Notes: generated from the sequence alone by a model not told the origin. 64,000 nt of DNA from an uncultured delta proteobacterium (GCA_963782055.1 CAWAIF010000003.1:5472001-5536000); one strand, 5' to 3'; positions 38,922 to 50,474 are shown, counted from the stretch's first letter. A program made the numbers and translations.

Positions 38922-40240
38922 TTGGGCGGCGGGTACTCGCACCGCCCGTTGGTGCACGGCACGTTGTTGCAACAGTCGGAGGACTGGGAGCACGTCTGGC
39001 CGTAGAAGGCGCAGCCGCCGTCGGTGCCGCCATCCGTGGCGTTGGGCTCGCAGGTGCCCTTGCCGTTCTGCAGGTAGCAGTGGCCGCCCGCGCAGCAGTC
39101 GGAGTCGGTCGTGCAGGGGCCCTGGGTGGGCACGCACGGGCCGGGGTAGCAGGTGAAGCCGCCGTCGCCGTCGGACACGCACGGGTTGAGGTTGCAGCAG
39201 TCGGCGCTGGAGGCGCACGCGCCGCCGTCGGCGGGGATGCAGCCCGCGTCACCCGCGTAGCTGCACCGCGGCACGCCCAGGTTGTCCTGGTGGCAGGTGT
39301 CGTCCTTCTGGACGTTGCCGCTGCAGCAGTTGTCCGTCGCGTTGCACTGGTTGGTCTTCAGGCGGCAGATGTCCCCGTTGGGCTTGCAGCCGCTCGGGTT
39401 GCTGCACACGCCGATCGGGTCGTTGGGGTTCGCCTTGTTGCACTGGACCTTGGGGTTGCCCTGGCTGCAGCAGTCGGCCGCGGTCGCGCAGGTGTCGCCG
39501 ACGGGGCGGCACCCGCTCGCCGGCTGGCAGATGAGCACGCCGGTGTTGCCGTAGGGCGCGCAGGAGCGGCTGCAGCAGCTCCCGCCGCACATGGGCACGC
39601 CGCTGTCCTGGAGGATGACGCCGCCGTCGGCGCCGATGCCGCCGCACACCACGCCGTCCACCATGCTGCACTGCGCGCCGATGCTCTGGGGCTGGCCGCA
39701 CACGCCGAACTGGGCGTTCGGCTGCTTGTTGCACAGGCCGCCGCAGCAGTCGGAGCCCTTGGTGCAGACGTCGCCGTTCTGCCCGCAGTACGAGGGCTGC
39801 GAGCAGACGCCGTTGGTGCACCACGTCGAGCAGCACTCGCTCCCGCTCTTGCAGGCGTTGCCCAGCGTCTTGCAGGTGTTGTTGAGCGGCGTGCAGGTGC
39901 CGCCGTCGCCGCAGGTGCCGCCGCAGCAATCGGTGTTGCTGGCGCAAGCCTGGTTGTCGCTGACGCACGGGGCGGGCTGGCAGGAGCCGTTGGCGCAGTT
40001 GCCGCTGCAGCACTCGGCGTTGCCGGAGCACTTCCCTCCGAGGCCCTGGCCGCCGTCGCAGTTCCAGTTGCCGTCGTTGCCGCCGCCGTCCGGTAGCGTG
40101 CTGCCGTCATTGCCGGCGCCGTCCCCCATGGTGCCGTCGGCGCTGCCGTCGGCGATTCCGCCGCTGTCATCACCCCCACAGGCGAGGGGCAACATCGCGA
40201 ACGGTAGGAGAAACAGGCAGAGGACGAGCAGCCGCTTCAT
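38918..40240 (-). CDS. Cys-rich lipoprotein (repeated C..CC motifs)
   Basis: GGAGG RBS; 'PLAC'; repeats such as C-x4-DCC. Confidence 0.85.
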   Translation of the reverse strand: MKRLLVLCLFLLPFAMLPLACGGDDSGGIADGSADGTMGDGAGNDGSTLPDGGGNDGNWNCDGGQGLGGKCSGNAECCSGNCANGSCQPAPCVSDNQACASNTDCCGGTCGDGGTCTPLNNTCKTLGNACKSGSECCSTWCTNGVCSQPSYCGQNGDVCTKGSDCCGGLCNKQPNAQFGVCGQPQSIGAQCSMVDGVVCGGIGADGGVILQDSGVPMCGGSCCSRSCAPYGNTGVLICQPASGCRPVGDTCATAADCCSQGNPKVQCNKANPNDPIGVCSNPSGCKPNGDICRLKTNQCNATDNCCSGNVQKDDTCHQDNLGVPRCSYAGDAGCIPADGGACASSADCCNLNPCVSDGDGGFTCYPGPCVPTQGPCTTDSDCCAGGHCYLQNGKGTCEPNATDGGTDGGCAFYGQTCSQSSDCCNNVPCTNGRCEYPPPN

Positions 40241-40269
40241 AGAGTCCACCTCCAGGTTGTCGCTGCGGG

Positions 40270-40285
40270 CGCAAGAAGCGTTCCC
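40270..40285 (-). promoter_or_regulatory. sigma54 promoter candidate
   Basis: GGGAACGCTTCTTGCG, GG-N10-GC, about 30 nt before the ATG at 40240. Confidence 0.5.
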
Positions 40286-40387
40286 GCCCGCATCCTGCGG
40301 GTATTTCGCGGGCCCAGGTGGCCGGGCCCCGCGCAGCTGGGTTGCCCCGCGACCATGACCTGGCAACACGACTGACCACCGGCAGGA

Positions 40388-41599
40388 TCAGCCGGCGTAG
40401 CCCTCTTCCCCGTGCTGCGTGGTGTCGAGACCCTCGCGCTCGTCCCCCTGCGTGACGCGCAGGCCGACCGTCTTGTCGATCAGCTTGAGCACCACGAAGG
40501 TGACCACCACGGCGTAGGCGCCCACGGCCAGGCAGCCCAGCGCCTGCACGCCCAGCTGGTGGAGGCCGCCGTCGGCGCCGGCGTCGTTGAGCGCCTTCTG
40601 CGCGAAGACGCCGGTGAGCAGCGCGCCGGTGAGGCCGCCCACGCCGTGCACGCCGAAGGCGTCCAGCGTGTCGTCGTAGCCGAACTTGTATTTTGCAAGC
40701 ACCGCGAGGTAGCAGACGCCGCTCGCCGCGACGCCGATGACCAGCGCGGCCCACGGCGCGACGAACCCCGCCGCTGGCGTGATGGCGACGAGCCCGGCGA
40801 CGAGCCCCGACGCCACGCCGAGCGCCGTCGGCTTCTGCCGGTGTACCCACTCGATGACGAGCCAGCCGAGCGCGCCGCCGGCGGCGCCGAGGTGCGTGGT
40901 GACGAAGGCGAGCGCCGCGAGCAATCCGCTGCTGAGCGCGCTCCCCGCGTTGAAGCCGAACCACCCGAACCAGAGGATGCCCGCGCCGGTCAGCGTCATC
41001 GTCAGGTTGTGCGGCAGCGGCCGCTCCTGCGGGTACTTGAGGCGTCGCCCCAGCACCAGCGCGCAGACCAGGGCGGAGATGCCCGCCGTCAGGTGCACCA
41101 CCGTGCCGCCGGCGAAGTCCAGCGCGTGGCGCTGCGCGAGCCAGCCGTCCGGCGCCCACACCCAGTGCGCCACCGGGTCGTAGACCAGGGTGGACCAGAG
41201 CAGGATGAAGAGCACGTACGCCGAGAACTTCATGCGCTCGGCGAAGGCGCCGGAGATGAGCGCCGGCGTGATCACCGCGAACATCATCTGGAAGGCGACG
41301 AAGGCGAGCGCCGGCACGCTCCCCTGCTGCGCCTGGGCGAGGCCGCGCAGGCCCAGGAACTCCAGCCCGCCGACCAGGCCGCCGTGCGTCTTGCCGAAGG
41401 ACAGGGTGTAGCCGATGAGCATCCACTGCACGCTGATGACCGGGATCGCCGTCATCGAGTGCATGATGGTGGACAGCACGTTCTTGCGCCGGACCATGCC
41501 GCCGTAGAAGAGCGCCAGCGCGGGCGTCATGAGCAGCACGAGCGCGGCGGAGACGAGGAGCCAGGCGGTGTCGCCTGCGCTGATCGGGGGTTGGCTCAC
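40388..41599 (-). CDS. amtB: Ammonium transporter
   Basis: 'LALFYGGMVRRKN', 'FQMMFAVIT', 'DFAGGTVVH', 'WFGWFGFNAGS', 'DAFGVHG'. Confidence 0.96.
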   Translation of the reverse strand: MSQPPISAGDTAWLLVSAALVLLMTPALALFYGGMVRRKNVLSTIMHSMTAIPVISVQWMLIGYTLSFGKTHGGLVGGLEFLGLRGLAQAQQGSVPALAFVAFQMMFAVITPALISGAFAERMKFSAYVLFILLWSTLVYDPVAHWVWAPDGWLAQRHALDFAGGTVVHLTAGISALVCALVLGRRLKYPQERPLPHNLTMTLTGAGILWFGWFGFNAGSALSSGLLAALAFVTTHLGAAGGALGWLVIEWVHRQKPTALGVASGLVAGLVAITPAAGFVAPWAALVIGVAASGVCYLAVLAKYKFGYDDTLDAFGVHGVGGLTGALLTGVFAQKALNDAGADGGLHQLGVQALGCLAVGAYAVVVTFVVLKLIDKTVGLRVTQGDEREGLDTTQHGEEGYAG

Positions 41600-41657
41600 G
41601 GAACATGGGGGTACACCGCCCCGTGTTTCGTCCGCGTTTCGGCGTATGCTGCCGCGG

Positions 41658-42458
41658 ATGAGCCGCGTCTCGGCCGTCCGGGCGTTCTCCTTCGCGTCCA
41701 CGCTCTCCCCGAAGGAGCTCGCGCCGGTGCTGGAGGAGAGCGGCGGCACGGTGCGCGTGGCCAAGACGCAGGTCGTCGCCGAGTGCCCGGGCCCGAGCTG
41801 GATCATCGCCTACGACTTCGGCGCGATCACCTTCGTCGGCGTCACCGACGAGGTGCGCGAACGCGTGATGGCCTCCATCCAGGAGCGCATCCGACCGGAG
41901 GCGCACCCGCCCATGGAGGAGCAGATCCTCATCGAGGCGTCGGAGGAGGAGAAGCCGGGCGTGCGCTTCGACCGCGTGGTGGTCAAGGAGGTCGACCGCA
42001 AGCTGGTGGAGCTGGTGTCGCTGGTCACCGCCCAGTCGGCGGCGATGGAGTACTACGAGGAGGACGTCGACCTCATCCTGGCGGGGCTGAAGGACGTCTC
42101 GGAGGGCCTCGCCGAGACGGGCAAGCTGAGGGCCGGAGTGAGGGAGCTGCTGCGCTTCGTCGGCAGCGGCATGTCCACGCACAACCAGGTCGTCTACACC
42201 CTCGCCCTGCTCGACACCCCCGCCCTCGCCTGGGAGGACGAAACCCTCGACCGCATCTACCAGGGCCTGCGCGCGCAGCTGGAGATCGCCGACCGCTACC
42301 GCGCCCTCGATCACAAGCTGAACATGATCCAGAACAACTTCGAGCTGCTGGTGAACCTCACCCAGGAGCGCCGGAGCTGGTGGGTGGAGGTCGCCGTCGC
42401 GGTGCTCGTGGGGCTCGAGGTGCTCCTGTTCGTGTACGAGATCTTCTGGAAGCGGTGA
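41658..42458 (+). CDS. RMD1/DUF155 family protein
   Basis: 'YDFGAITF', 'AQSAAMEYYE', 'LLDTP..AW', 'EIADRY', C-terminal TM. Confidence 0.85.
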   Translation: MSRVSAVRAFSFASTLSPKELAPVLEESGGTVRVAKTQVVAECPGPSWIIAYDFGAITFVGVTDEVRERVMASIQERIRPEAHPPMEEQILIEASEEEKPGVRFDRVVVKEVDRKLVELVSLVTAQSAAMEYYEEDVDLILAGLKDVSEGLAETGKLRAGVRELLRFVGSGMSTHNQVVYTLALLDTPALAWEDETLDRIYQGLRAQLEIADRYRALDHKLNMIQNNFELLVNLTQERRSWWVEVAVAVLVGLEVLLFVYEIFWKR

Positions 42459-42478
42459 AGCGCCGTCAGCGGCGACAA

Positions 42479-43816
42479 TCAGGGCGCCGTGCAGCCAACG
42501 CGCGCCATTCGCAGGTCGTTCGCCTCGGTGACCCAGCCCACGACGAGGTTGGCGACGAGCGCCAGCGGCGCGCTGCCGAGCGCCGCGGCGGCGGAGCGCA
42601 CGTTCTCCGTCGGCACCAGCGCGGTCGCGCCGGAGAGTCGGCCGCGTAGTCTGCCCTCGCCGTCGAGCCACACCAGGTTGACGCCGGCGCCCGTGCTGAT
42701 GACGCGGGCGGCGGCGACGAGGTGCGCCTCCTGGCCGAACGACTGCCAGAGCACGGCGGCCTTGTCCACGGCGAGCTCTTGCAGCGTCAGCGGGACGAGG
42801 GCGGGGAAGCTGTCCGGGTCGAAGGTGGTGACGTTCGTGTCGTCCACCAGCGAGGCGCGCATCCCGAGGGGGATGTTGGTGTTCTGGACGTCGCCGCTGA
42901 GGTAGCCGAGGGCGTTCTTGCCTCCTGGCAGGGGAGCGGCGAACGGCGCGGCGATGTGCGCGCCGCCCTCGAGGGAGAGCGTGCGTTCGCCCGCGTCGCT
43001 GCCCGCGAGGTCGGTGGCGAGGGCGACGGTGTCGCCCACTCCCTGCTGCGGCGCGCTCAGAATCTCCGCGCGCTTTCCCGCGCGGTCGAGCATGATGGAT
43101 CCGCCCTCGAACGTCGGCGGGTTGGGCAGGCGGTAGATGATGGGCAGGGGGACGTTGGAGCCGGGATCGGTGAAGCTCACTGTTCCCGCGTGAACCGGGT
43201 AGTCGCCGTCGAGGTAGGAGACGGCGACGAAGAACGTCTGGCTCGCCAGGTCGATCGGGGCCGCGACCACGACGAAGTCGGCGAGCGTCGACGGGAGCGC
43301 GGGCGTGGTGTCGATGGTGATGAAGCCGGTATCGGTCTTGGCCGCGTCAGGCAGGAACGACGCCATCAACTTGCTGCCGCTGGTCGTGTCGACGAGCGAG
43401 GTCAAGAAGCCGCCTTCGAACCCGACGAACGACCCCCACTGCGCGTTCGCCGGTGCGACCGTCGTCGTCACCGCCATGAAGGAGGTGAGGCCCCCGTCGA
43501 CGTCGTAGAAGAAGGGCGCCCTGCTCGCGCTCCCCCGCACGGCGACGCGCAGACCCGAGGCGCTCGCGTGGACGGCCATCCGGTCGCCGAAATCGGGGTC
43601 GTTCACGATCAGGTGCGGTACGCCGTCCATGGCGCACTTCATCTCCACCGACGCCGAGCCGTCGGCCGCGTCGGCCGCGTCGAGACCCACGTCCGCGGCG
43701 ACGTCGTCGCCCGCGTCGCCTCCGGACCCGCGGAGATCGTCGAGCGGCGTGATGAGGGAGCAGGCGCCGAGGGTCGCCGCTGCGGCGGCGGCCAGCATGA
43801 TCCTTTTCGTGCTCAT
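42479..43816 (-). CDS. Hypothetical lipoprotein
   Basis: AAGGAG RBS; 'LGAC-SLITPLDDL'. Confidence 0.75.
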   Translation of the reverse strand: MSTKRIMLAAAAAATLGACSLITPLDDLRGSGGDAGDDVAADVGLDAADAADGSASVEMKCAMDGVPHLIVNDPDFGDRMAVHASASGLRVAVRGSASRAPFFYDVDGGLTSFMAVTTTVAPANAQWGSFVGFEGGFLTSLVDTTSGSKLMASFLPDAAKTDTGFITIDTTPALPSTLADFVVVAAPIDLASQTFFVAVSYLDGDYPVHAGTVSFTDPGSNVPLPIIYRLPNPPTFEGGSIMLDRAGKRAEILSAPQQGVGDTVALATDLAGSDAGERTLSLEGGAHIAAPFAAPLPGGKNALGYLSGDVQNTNIPLGMRASLVDDTNVTTFDPDSFPALVPLTLQELAVDKAAVLWQSFGQEAHLVAAARVISTGAGVNLVWLDGEGRLRGRLSGATALVPTENVRSAAAALGSAPLALVANLVVGWVTEANDLRMARVGCTAP

Positions 43817-43894
43817 CTCCTTGCCCGCCTCAGACGATGGTACGGCCCGTGCGCCCAGACGCAACGCAGAACGTCCGCCCGGTTGGCCCGACCG

Positions 43895-44126
43895 TCAGCT
43901 CGCCGCTCCCAGGGCTTCCAGCACCGCCATGCGCACGCTCACGCCGTAGGCGACCTGGTCGAGCACCACCGAGCGGGGACCGTCCGCCACCTCGCTCGTC
44001 AACTCCACGCCACGGTTGATGGGCCCGAGGTGCATCACGATGGCGTCGTGCTTCGCGGCGCGGACGTTTCTTCGCGTTGACGCCGAAGAAACGGCTGTAG
44101 TCGCGCAGGCTGGGCACGTAGCCACC
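43895..44126 (-). pseudogene. pyrB: Duplicated, frameshifted 3' fragment of pyrB
   Basis: 43908..44126 aligns to 45394..45611 with a 1-nt insertion, HPGP->HLGP and a different C-terminus (EALGAAS*). Confidence 0.92.
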
Positions 44127-44378
44127 TACGAGGAGGACGTCGACCTCATCCTGGCGGGGCTGAAGGACGTCTCGGAGGGGCTCGCCGAGACGGGCAAGCT
44201 GGGGGCCGGAGTGAGGGAGCTGCTGCGCTTCGTCGGCAGCGGCATGTCCACGCACAACCAGGTCGTCTGCACCCTCGCCCTGCTCGACACCCCCGCCCTC
44301 GCCTGGGAGGACGAGACCCTCGACCGCATCTACCAGGGCCTGCGCGCGCAGCTGGAGATCGCCGACCGCTACCGCGCC
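44126..44378 (+). pseudogene. Duplicated internal fragment of the RMD1-family gene
   Basis: 253 bp matching 42053..42305 with 4 substitutions. Confidence 0.93.
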
Positions 44379-44435
44379 ACAGTCGACATGCTAGAGCCGG
44401 TTACCGTTCGATGTTCGACCGTTTCATGAACGATT

Positions 44436-45320
44436 TCAGGCCATCGAGGCGATCAGCCGCTGGGCGTTCTTCAGCATCGCGCGGATCTTCGGGTCGACGC
44501 GGCCGGAGCGTGGGGACAGAGCGCGCAGCGTCAGGGTCCCGCCGATGACGCCTTCGAGGACCGGAACGAGCGACCGACCCTCGTCGCCCAGGCCGATGGG
44601 GTGCCACGGGCAGAAGACGATCCCCACGTGGGCCTCGGCGAGACCGACGAGCATCGGCAGGTTGGCGGTGCGCAGCCAGGGCGCGCTCCTGACCGAGCCG
44701 CCGTGCCGGAGCGGCAGGTCCTGGTCGTGGAGACCGGGGCCGCTCCATTGCAGCAGCGTGTGCCCGCCGAGGTCCTCGAGCGACTCGGGGCGGCCGTGCT
44801 TCGCGAGGTACGCCCGGGTGGCCCACAAGCCCGTCGGGCTACGCGCGACCACGTGCGAGAACCACTCGTGCTGGTCCGGCGGCGGGCCGAAGTGGAACAT
44901 CAGGTCGAAGGGCTCGCGGACGCGGGAGAGCGGATCGTCCGACTCGGTGACCGCGACGTCGAGGTCCGGGTGCAGCGCCCGCAGGCCCAGCAGCGCGCGG
45001 CTGCGCAGCGGGACGGGCAAGCCGACCGGCACGACGAGGTGGAGGACGCCGCGCGCCTCGTCGCGCGTGGCGCGCGCCTGCTCGCGCAGCGCCCGGGCGC
45101 CCTGCAGCAGCGGCCCCGCGCGCGCGACGACGGTCTCCCCGGCCGGCGTGAGCTCGATACCCGACGCGACCCGCCGCAGCAGCGGCACGCCGAGGTCCTT
45201 CGCCAGCCGCTCGACGTGCCGGCGCATGGCGCTGCGCGTGACCCGGTGCGCCGCCGCCGCTCGCTGGACGGAGCCGTGCTCGGCCACCCAGATCAACGCC
45301 TCGAGGTCGGAGAATTCCAT
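44436..45320 (-). CDS. LysR-family transcriptional regulator
   Basis: 'VAEHGSVQRAA', 'LGVPLLRR....LTPAG', 'ARGVLHL', substrate-binding domain. Confidence 0.9.
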   Translation of the reverse strand: MEFSDLEALIWVAEHGSVQRAAAAHRVTRSAMRRHVERLAKDLGVPLLRRVASGIELTPAGETVVARAGPLLQGARALREQARATRDEARGVLHLVVPVGLPVPLRSRALLGLRALHPDLDVAVTESDDPLSRVREPFDLMFHFGPPPDQHEWFSHVVARSPTGLWATRAYLAKHGRPESLEDLGGHTLLQWSGPGLHDQDLPLRHGGSVRSAPWLRTANLPMLVGLAEAHVGIVFCPWHPIGLGDEGRSLVPVLEGVIGGTLTLRALSPRSGRVDPKIRAMLKNAQRLIASMA

Positions 45321-45377
45321 GACGCCCATCGTGGCACCAAGCGGCCATCGATGGTCGAAAGTCGAACGAGCCGAGGT

Positions 45378-46282
45378 TCAGCCGTCCGTCGTGCCCAGCG
45401 CCTCCAGCACCGCCATGCGCACGCTCACGCCGTAGGCGACCTGGTCGAGCACCACCGAGCGGGGACCGTCCGCCACGTCGCTGGAGAGCTCCACGCCACG
45501 GTTGATGGGCCCGGGGTGCATCACGATGGCGTCGTGCTTCGCGGCGCGGACGTTCTTCGCGTTGACGCCGAAGAAGCGGCTGTAGTCGCGCAGGCTGGGC
45601 ACGTAGCCGCCGTTCATCCGCTCCTGCTGCAGGCGCAGCACCATCACCACGTCGGCGCCTTCCATCGCCGGCTCCACACGGTCGTAGACCAGCGCGCCCA
45701 TCGCCTCCACGCCGCGCGGGATGAGGCTGCGGGGGCCGGCGACGCGCACCGTCGCGCCCAGCTTCCCGAGGGCGAAGAGGTCGGAGCGGGCCACGCGGCT
45801 GTGCAGGATGTCGCCCACGATGGTGACGGTGAGCCCCTCGACGCGTTTCTTGTGCCGGCGGATGGTGCCGCAGTCGAGCAGGGCCTGCGTCGGGTGCTCG
45901 TGCGTGCCGTCTCCCGCGTTGACCACGCGCGCCTTCACCTGCCGCGCGATCATGCGTGGCGCGCCGCTCGAGGCGTGCCGCAGCACCAGCACCGCCGGGC
46001 CCATGGCGTCCAGGTTGCGCGCGGTGTCCAGCAGCGTCTCGCCCTTCTTGGAGGAGGAGAAGGACTCCGACACGTTGACCACGTCCGCGGAGAGGCGCTT
46101 GGCGGCGATCTCGAAGGAGGTCCGCGTGCGCGTGGACGGCTCCATGAAGAGGTTGACCACCGTCTTGCCCAGGAGCGTCGGTCGCTTCTCGTTGCCGGTG
46201 GCGAAGAGCGCGTCGGCGCGATCGAGCAGCGCGACGAGGACGTCCACCTCCAGCGGCTCGATGCCCAGCAGACCGCCCGGCA

Positions 46283-46283
<1 letters not shown>
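45378..46283 (-). CDS. pyrB: Aspartate carbamoyltransferase catalytic subunit
   Basis: '[11 protein letters not shown]', '[16 protein letters not shown]', 'HSRVARS', 'LRLQQER', 'MHPGPINRG'. Confidence 0.97.
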
Positions 46284-47578
<1,295 letters not shown>

Positions 47579-47719
47579 GCGCCGGAGGGTAGCAGAGCTA
47601 CCCTCGAGCCTGATCGGCGTGTCGCGCGGGTGTGGTCATTTCCGCACGCCTGCCGGGGGAGATGGGGCGCAGGCGTAGGTACGCGGGGCCCGCGAGCGCT
47701 GTGCCCACCTTGCGATGGG

Positions 47720-47735
47720 TGGCACCAGCGTTGCT
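47720..47735 (+). promoter_or_regulatory. sigma54 promoter (consensus match)
   Basis: TGGCAC-CAGCG-TTGCT; GC ends 12 nt before the ATG at 47747. Confidence 0.75.
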
Positions 47736-47746
47736 AGGCACGAGCC

Positions 47747-48628
47747 ATGCGCTTCTCTTGCTTGCCTCTCCTCGTCGGGGGGGCCCTCGCGTGCGCGGCG
47801 TGCACGCCGGACGTTCCCTACCGGTATACCGGCGTGACCCCGGCGCCCCGGCCCATCGCGTGGGCGGGGCGCGGGACCGGAGCCGGCGACATCCACGCGA
47901 CCGGCTCGCTCGCGACCGGCGCGATCGTCACCAACTACAGCCCGCAGATCCACGACACCGCGCTGTACGTCCCTCGCACCTCCGCCGAGGCGGCGGTCAC
48001 CTACGAGGCCGTTCGGGGCCTGGAGATCGGCGTCCGGGCGAACCTGGCGCTGCGGCGCTGGTCCGACGCGACGGCGATAGGCACCCCGCCCATGCCCGGC
48101 AACGCCGCCACGTGGGGCGTCGGCCCGGAGATCCGCGTCTGGTTTCCCCTCGACGACCGGAAGAGGTTCGGCATCGGGCTCGCGGGGAACCTGCAGATCC
48201 AGCAGGTGCCCTGGGTGCGCTTCGCCAGGCAGCCGTGCGTCCCGGCGCCGGACAAGTGCTTCAGCGACTCCACGCCCGACGGGCGGGTCACCTACGCGCT
48301 GGACGAGACGGGCACCGACACCGACTTCGTCTTCAACGCGGGCATCTACCCGAGCGTGAACCTGCACCCCTCGGGGCGCTACGGGCGCATCTTCCTCTAC
48401 GCCGGCGTCGCCGAGGGCTTCTCCAACGACGGCTTCGCGACGCAGTCGCGCAGCGGGAGCACCATCTCCACCGACATCGTGCCGATGGTGGGCCTCGGCT
48501 ACGGCTTCGACTACGAGGCGCTGCACGTCTCGCTGATGACCTTCGCGCCCCTGCGCACGAGCCCCGTCGGCTACCTGCCCGGCGCGGTGCTCACGCTCGG
48601 GATGAACCTGCCGACGCGGGGCCGATAG
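47747..48628 (+). CDS. Hypothetical lipoprotein, possibly outer-membrane beta-strand rich
   Basis: 'ACAAC' lipobox; alternating hydrophobic strands. Confidence 0.7.
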   Translation: MRFSCLPLLVGGALACAACTPDVPYRYTGVTPAPRPIAWAGRGTGAGDIHATGSLATGAIVTNYSPQIHDTALYVPRTSAEAAVTYEAVRGLEIGVRANLALRRWSDATAIGTPPMPGNAATWGVGPEIRVWFPLDDRKRFGIGLAGNLQIQQVPWVRFARQPCVPAPDKCFSDSTPDGRVTYALDETGTDTDFVFNAGIYPSVNLHPSGRYGRIFLYAGVAEGFSNDGFATQSRSGSTISTDIVPMVGLGYGFDYEALHVSLMTFAPLRTSPVGYLPGAVLTLGMNLPTRGR

Positions 48629-48694
48629 CCCCCGGGGCTCCCGGCAGGTTCGATCTCGTCGTCGCCCCCGATCGGGCGCATACTGCGGCCCTCG

Positions 48695-50443
48695 ATGAAC
48701 TTCCGTCTGACCACCGTCCGCGCGAAGCTGACCGCGCTCGTGGCGTTCTCCGCCATCGTGACGCTGGCCTCGCTGCCGGTGCTCTCGTGGATCATGGACC
48801 GCCAGATCGTCGATCAGGTCGACGAGCGCGTGCCGGCCGCCGTGCACGGCTTCGGCGTGGAGATGGACGACGACCTGCGCAACATGCGCACGGTCGTGCT
48901 GGAGCTGTCCTCCCAGCCGGAGGTGCAGACCGCGCTCCGGGACAAGAAGGCGAAGGACCTGGAGCGGCTCGGGGCCATCTTCCACAAGGCCTACCCGCGC
49001 ATCGACTTCGACTTCTTCGACGCGGAGGACGCCTCGCTCGCGCAGATCGAGGTGTACCACCCGCCGGCGAGCGCCAAGCTCATCCCGGAGCTGGCGAGCC
49101 TCGGACCCAACGCGGTGCTGCAGACGGTGACGGCGAAGGGCTGCGAGACCGGGGCCGACGCGTACCCCGCCTTCGTCGCGGCGGAGCGCATGCCCGGCAT
49201 CGGCATCGTCATGGCGTGCCTGCCGCTGGACAACGACTACCTCACCGAGGTCCAGGACCGGATGGGGGTGGAGCTCGCCTTCATCACGCCGGACGGGACC
49301 GCCCTGGGTCACACCAACGTCTTCCCGACGGCGGGGATGGCGCAGGCGGCGGCCACCCCCACGCTCGTCAGGATCGGCAAGCGCGACTGGGCGCTGGAGC
49401 GCTTCACCCCGCCGACGATGAAGGGCGCGGAGGGCAACTACGGCGCGATCGTCGCGCTGGACGTGACCGACATCCGCGACGTCGTCCGCAGGAACCTGAT
49501 GTTCGCCGTGGCGGTGCTCGCCGCCGCCACCCTCATCTCCATGCTGCTCGGCGCGCGCCTCGCCGGCGTCATGTCGCGCGCCCTCTCGCGCGTCAACGCC
49601 GCGCTCAAGAAGCTGGAGAACCAGGAGTACGTCCACGTGGACATGATCCACACCGGCGACGAGCTGGAGGACCTGGCCACCGGCTTCAACACGATGGTCG
49701 ACGGCCTGAAGGAGCGCGACAAGCTGCGCTCCACCTTCGGCAAGTACATGACGCAGACGGTGATGGAGCACCTGATGAGCGGGAAGGTGCAGCTCGGCGG
49801 CGAGACCCTGACCGTCACCGTGCTCTTCTCCGACATCCGCAGCTTCACCACCATCTCGGAGGAGATGAACGACCCGCAGGCGCTCGTCGGCCTGCTCAAC
49901 GAGTACTTCACCGAGATGGTCGGCATCGTCATCCAGGAGGACGGCGTGGTCGACAAGTACATCGGCGACGCCATCATGGCGGTCTTCGGGGCGCCGGTCG
50001 GCAAGCACGACGACGCCGAGCGCGCCGTCCGCGCCGCGGTGCGCATGCGCGTCGCCCTCGCCCACCTGAACGAGCGGCTGAAGAAGCGCGGCATCAAGCC
50101 GCTGCGCACCGGGATCGGCATCCACACCGGGCAGGTGGTGGCGGGGAACATCGGCAGCGAGGCGCGCATGGAGTACACCGTCATCGGCGACGCGGTGAAC
50201 GTCGCCTCCCGCCTGGAGAGCAACACGAAGGAGCTCGGCGTGGACGTGCTCATCAGCGGGAGCACCTACGAGGTGGTGAAGGACATGTGCGTCGCCGAGC
50301 CCATCCGGGAGATCCACGTGAAGGGGCGCGTGGAGCCGGTGATGACCTACGAGCTGAAGGGCCTGAAGGAGGAGCCGCCCCCGCCGAAGAGCACGCCGTC
50401 GCAGCGGGCCAAGCCGATCTCCGACCCCGAGCCCGCCACCTGA
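48695..50443 (+). CDS. Class III adenylate/guanylate cyclase with periplasmic sensor and HAMP
   Basis: Two TMs, 'GDELEDLATGFNTM', 'LFSDIRSFT', 'DKYIGDAIMAVFG', 'YTVIGDAVNVASRLE'. Confidence 0.95.
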   Translation: MNFRLTTVRAKLTALVAFSAIVTLASLPVLSWIMDRQIVDQVDERVPAAVHGFGVEMDDDLRNMRTVVLELSSQPEVQTALRDKKAKDLERLGAIFHKAYPRIDFDFFDAEDASLAQIEVYHPPASAKLIPELASLGPNAVLQTVTAKGCETGADAYPAFVAAERMPGIGIVMACLPLDNDYLTEVQDRMGVELAFITPDGTALGHTNVFPTAGMAQAAATPTLVRIGKRDWALERFTPPTMKGAEGNYGAIVALDVTDIRDVVRRNLMFAVAVLAAATLISMLLGARLAGVMSRALSRVNAALKKLENQEYVHVDMIHTGDELEDLATGFNTMVDGLKERDKLRSTFGKYMTQTVMEHLMSGKVQLGGETLTVTVLFSDIRSFTTISEEMNDPQALVGLLNEYFTEMVGIVIQEDGVVDKYIGDAIMAVFGAPVGKHDDAERAVRAAVRMRVALAHLNERLKKRGIKPLRTGIGIHTGQVVAGNIGSEARMEYTVIGDAVNVASRLESNTKELGVDVLISGSTYEVVKDMCVAEPIREIHVKGRVEPVMTYELKGLKEEPPPPKSTPSQRAKPISDPEPAT

Positions 50444-50474
50444 GCCGGGGGTTCGCCCGGGCGAGGGTCGAGGC

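Noticed and set aside
43895..44429. ORFs 43895..44125, 43830..44255 and 44016..44429 as genuine genes
   Set aside because: They are read-throughs of the fused pyrB and RMD1 duplicate fragments.
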